Part shown: piece by piece, positions 60,952-64,000 of the stretch
How positions within the stretch are numbered: position 1 is the stretch's first letter
How the letters are laid out: each line of letters opens with the position of its first letter
Assembly (NCBI GenBank): GCA_050246875.1
Contig: JBFWVF010000012.1
Location: 11,375 to 75,374, forward strand
Direction of reading: 5' to 3'
DNA from: Alphaproteobacteria bacterium
Lineage (GTDB): Bacteria > Pseudomonadota > Alphaproteobacteria > UBA6615
Length of the DNA: 64,000 bases
The notes under the pieces: generated by a model
Told to the model about the DNA's origin: nothing
Databases searched by the model: none
Seen by the model: the letters and a program-made list of their open reading frames with translations, nothing else
Position numbers and translations under genes: made by a program

Positions 60952-61064
60952 GCTTCCTCTCCCGATCACGGGGCGGCGATTGTCCGGCACGGGCGGCGGG
61001 GCCGCAAGGCCGCCCCTGGCGACGGCGGTTATACTGGCGCGGCACAGCTGGCGGGAGAACTGTC

Positions 61065-61724
61065 GTGGCGAGCATCGACGCCAACCCCTACCCGTTCGAT
61101 TTCCGGCCGGAAACGGTCGCCCTGCTGGCCATCGACATGCAGCGCGACTATGTGCTGCCGGGCGGCTACGGCGCATCGCTGGGGCTCGACGTCGCGCCTT
61201 GCCAAGCGATCGTGCCCGCCGTGGTGTCGCTGGTCGACCTGTTCCGCGCCCGCGGCCTGCCGGTCATCCACACCCGCCAAACGCACAGGCCCGACCTTTC
61301 CGATTGCCCGCCGGCCAAGCTGCGCCGGGGCAACCCGAAGCTGCGCATCGGCGATCCCGGGCCGATGGGCCGGCTGCTCATCCGCGGCGAGTACGGCAGC
61401 GACTTCATCGACGAACTGCAGCCGTTGCCCAGCGAAGCCGTCATCGACAAGCCGGGCAAGGGTGCGTTCTACGCCACAGGCCTGCACGACACGCTCAGGC
61501 AGTTCGGCACGGAACAGCTGATCGTCTGCGGCGTCACGACCGAGGTCTGCGTGCAGTCGACCATCCGCGAGGCCAACGATCGCGGCTACGACTGCCTGCT
61601 CGTCGAGGACTGCACGGCGAGCTACTATCCGCAGTTCCGGCAGGCGACGATCGAGATGATCCGTTCGTCCAACGCGCTGATCGGCTGGACCGCACCGCTG
61701 GCGAAGGTTGCGGCGGCGCTGTAG
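61065..61724 (+). CDS. Cysteine hydrolase, isochorismatase family (biuret hydrolase-like)
   Basis: [36 protein letters not shown]. Confidence 0.88.
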   Translation: MASIDANPYPFDFRPETVALLAIDMQRDYVLPGGYGASLGLDVAPCQAIVPAVVSLVDLFRARGLPVIHTRQTHRPDLSDCPPAKLRRGNPKLRIGDPGPMGRLLIRGEYGSDFIDELQPLPSEAVIDKPGKGAFYATGLHDTLRQFGTEQLIVCGVTTEVCVQSTIREANDRGYDCLLVEDCTASYYPQFRQATIEMIRSSNALIGWTAPLAKVAAAL

Positions 61725-61728
61725 CCCG

Positions 61729-62697
61729 TCAGACCACCCTGTTGGCGGGCGCGCGGCCGGCGAACAGCTCGACGAAGCCGTCGACGAGGATCATGCCCAT
61801 GCCGTCGCGCGCCTCGATGGTGGCGCTGCCGATATGCGGCGTCATGAACACGTTGGGCATCGACCAGTAACGGCGATCGATGCGGTGCGGCTCGCCATTG
61901 TAGACGTCGAGGCCGGCGCAGGCGATGTGGCCGGACTGCAGCGCCGCGACCAACGCGTCGTCGTCGACGAGGTCGCCCCGCGCAATGTTGACGACGATGG
62001 CGCCCTTCGGCAGCAGCGCCAGGCGGCGCGCATTGAGGAACCGACGCGTCTCGTCCGTCGCCGGCGCCGACAGCACGAGAAGCTGGCTCGCCGCGAGCAG
62101 GTCGTCGGCGTCGGCGTGGTAGGTCGCTCCGGCCTCCTGGTCCGCTGGCAGGCGCGAGCGATTGTGGTAGTGGATCTCGGCGCCAAAGGCGCGCGCCCGC
62201 TGCGCCACGGCACGGCCGATGCGGCCCATGCCGAGGATGCCGAGGCGGCGGCCGGTCATCTGCACGCCGAGCAGCAGCGTCGGGGTGAAGCCCTGCCAGC
62301 CGCCCGACACGGCAAGTTCGTACCATTCGCGCGCCCGGCGCATGGCGCCGAGCAGCAGCAGCAGGCCGACATCGGCCGTGGCGTCCGTCAGGACGCCGGG
62401 CGTATTGAGCACGGCGATGCCGCGCGCCTTCGCCGCCGCCACGTCGACATGGTCGGTGCCGACCGACAAGGTGGCGACGACCTTCACGCTGTCGGGAAGG
62501 GCGGCAATGGCGCCGGCATCGAGCGGCTCGCTGGTGCACAGCAGGATGGCGTCGTGGCCGGCGGCGGCGGCGATCACGTCGGCGCGGGTATAGCGGCGAT
62601 CGTCCGGATTGAGGGTCGCATCGAACAGTTCGGCGAGGCGCGCCTCGACGGCGTCGGTGAGCTTGCGGGTGACGAGTATCCTGCGGCGGCCGGCCAT
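61729..62697 (-). CDS. D-2-hydroxyacid dehydrogenase (glyoxylate/hydroxypyruvate reductase-like)
   Basis: NTPGVLTDATAD, GMGRIG, NIARG, GLDVY..EP, PHIGSAT. Confidence 0.92.
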   Translation of the reverse strand: MAGRRRILVTRKLTDAVEARLAELFDATLNPDDRRYTRADVIAAAAGHDAILLCTSEPLDAGAIAALPDSVKVVATLSVGTDHVDVAAAKARGIAVLNTPGVLTDATADVGLLLLLGAMRRAREWYELAVSGGWQGFTPTLLLGVQMTGRRLGILGMGRIGRAVAQRARAFGAEIHYHNRSRLPADQEAGATYHADADDLLAASQLLVLSAPATDETRRFLNARRLALLPKGAIVVNIARGDLVDDDALVAALQSGHIACAGLDVYNGEPHRIDRRYWSMPNVFMTPHIGSATIEARDGMGMILVDGFVELFAGRAPANRVV

Positions 62698-62837
62698 TCC
62701 GTTCCCCTCGGCGAGTCCGCGCGAAATCTGGCAGCGTGGCCGGCGCCGCGCAACCACAGCCGGGGCAATCGTGCCCACGCTCTGGCCGCCAATCCCGCCG
62801 GCCGATAGAGTGCCGGCCGACGGAATGGGAGGATTGC

Positions 62838-63593
62838 ATGCGTCTGGCGGGCAAGGTCGCCATCGTCACCGGCGGCGGATCGGGCATCGGCGAGGAGATC
62901 GCGCGCACCTTCGCGCGCGAGGGCGCCCGCGTCCTCGTCACCGACATCAACGTCGCCGGCGGCGAGCGCGTCGCCGGGTCGATCGTCACCGCCAACGGCG
63001 CCGCCGTGTTCCAGGCCGGCGATGTAACCAGCAGCGAGGACGTTCAGGCGGCCGTGGACCGCGCGCTGGCCGAATGGGGCCGCCTCGACATCGTCGTCAA
63101 CAATGCCGGCTACGCCCAGAAGGGCGGGCCGATGACCGAGGTGACCGAGGCCCAGTTCGACCGCATCTTCGCGGTCAACGTGAAGGGCCTCTACCACACC
63201 ACCAACGCGGCGATCCCGGTGTTCCGCAGGCAGGGTGGCGGCGCCTTCCTCAACGTCGCCTCGACGGCGGCGCTGCGGCCGCGCCCCAATCTCACCTGGT
63301 ACAACGCCTCGAAGGGCGCGGTGGTGACGCTGACCAAGTCGATGGCGGTGGAACTGGCGGGCGACAACATCCGCGCCAACGCCATCGCCCCGGTGGCCAC
63401 CGACACGCCGCTGCTGCCGACCTTCCTCGGCGAGGACACGCCCGAACGGCGCGCCGCCTTCCGCGCCACCGTGCCGCTGGGCCGGCTCGGCCAGCCCTCG
63501 GACATGGCCAACGCCGCGCTTTACCTGTGTTCGGACGAGGCCGCCTTCGTCACCGGCGTCTGCCTCGAGGTCGACGGCGGACGCTGCATCTGA
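62838..63593 (+). CDS. Short-chain dehydrogenase/reductase
   Basis: TGGGSGIG, NNAG, YNASK, VDGGRCI; SD GGAGG. Confidence 0.92.
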   Translation: MRLAGKVAIVTGGGSGIGEEIARTFAREGARVLVTDINVAGGERVAGSIVTANGAAVFQAGDVTSSEDVQAAVDRALAEWGRLDIVVNNAGYAQKGGPMTEVTEAQFDRIFAVNVKGLYHTTNAAIPVFRRQGGGAFLNVASTAALRPRPNLTWYNASKGAVVTLTKSMAVELAGDNIRANAIAPVATDTPLLPTFLGEDTPERRAAFRATVPLGRLGQPSDMANAALYLCSDEAAFVTGVCLEVDGGRCI

Positions 63594-63640
63594 CCGGCTC
63601 CGGCAAAAAGCCCGGGGCGAACCGCGCGGACGCCCGGCCG

Positions 63641-64000
63641 CACTGGCTGCCGGCATCGGTACGGCAGGCAGCGCCGGTGCGTCGCCTCGCCGCCGGGGAG
63701 GTGCTGTTCCATCAGGGCGATCCGAGCCGCGCCATCTTCGAGGTCGAGAGCGGGCGCGTGCAACTCGTCCGCCACGACGCCGGCGGCCATCGGCTCGTGC
63801 TGTTCAGCGCCGGTCCCGGTGAAGGCCTCGCCGAGGCGTCGCTGTTCTCGCCGCACTATCATTGCGACGGCATCGCCACGCGAGCGGCGTCGGTCCGTGT
63901 CTATGCGGCCGACGCGGTACGCGCCGCACTGCGCAACGACCCAGCGACGGCCATCGCCTTCATGGCCGCGCTGGCCGGCCAGGTACAGTCGATGCGCGCC
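63641..64000 (+). CDS. Crp/Fnr family cNMP-binding regulator (partial; start uncertain, runs off window)
   Basis: WLPASVR...RRLAAGEVLFHQGD...FEVESGRVQLVR...GEGLAEASLF...YHCDGIA. Confidence 0.8.

Noticed and set aside
58397-61084. 895-aa ORF suggesting an extended or fused SelA
   Set aside because: The upstream part is an off-frame shadow of the adh gene; SelA motifs begin at ATG 59809.

Overview
Very GC-rich chromosomal window, most consistent with an alphaproteobacterium. The first ~42 kb is housekeeping and catabolic DNA rich in tandem paralogues: 4 SDRs, 2 cyclases, 2 PRISE-like reductases, 2 luciferase-like monooxygenases, 3 DMT transporters, CoA-transferases, a Rieske oxygenase and a TRAP transporter. 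The window also has three xanthine-dehydrogenase-family large subunits with no partner subunits. The right third is a selenium locus with complete Sec machinery (selA, selB, tRNA-Sec, oxidoreductase-fused selD, plus a rhodanese). Next to it are two tandem ~410-aa GrdB/PrdB-like genes that the ORF track splits at an in-frame UGA (C-P-V-U-P-x-C). Each UGA is followed by a near-identical SECIS-like hairpin, so these are two hidden selenoproteins with no Grd/Prd partner subunits in the window. The sel cluster is interrupted by an AT-rich islet containing (i) an intact 2.5-kb IS1595-family element (23-bp IRs, 8-bp TSD) carrying vapD, a micro-ORF/hairpin and other passengers, (ii) a two-gene unit of an unknown 338-aa protein plus a small RelA/SpoT synthetase, and (iii) a decayed duplicate of the selB 3' end. 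All assignments come from reading motifs by eye; no database searches were run.
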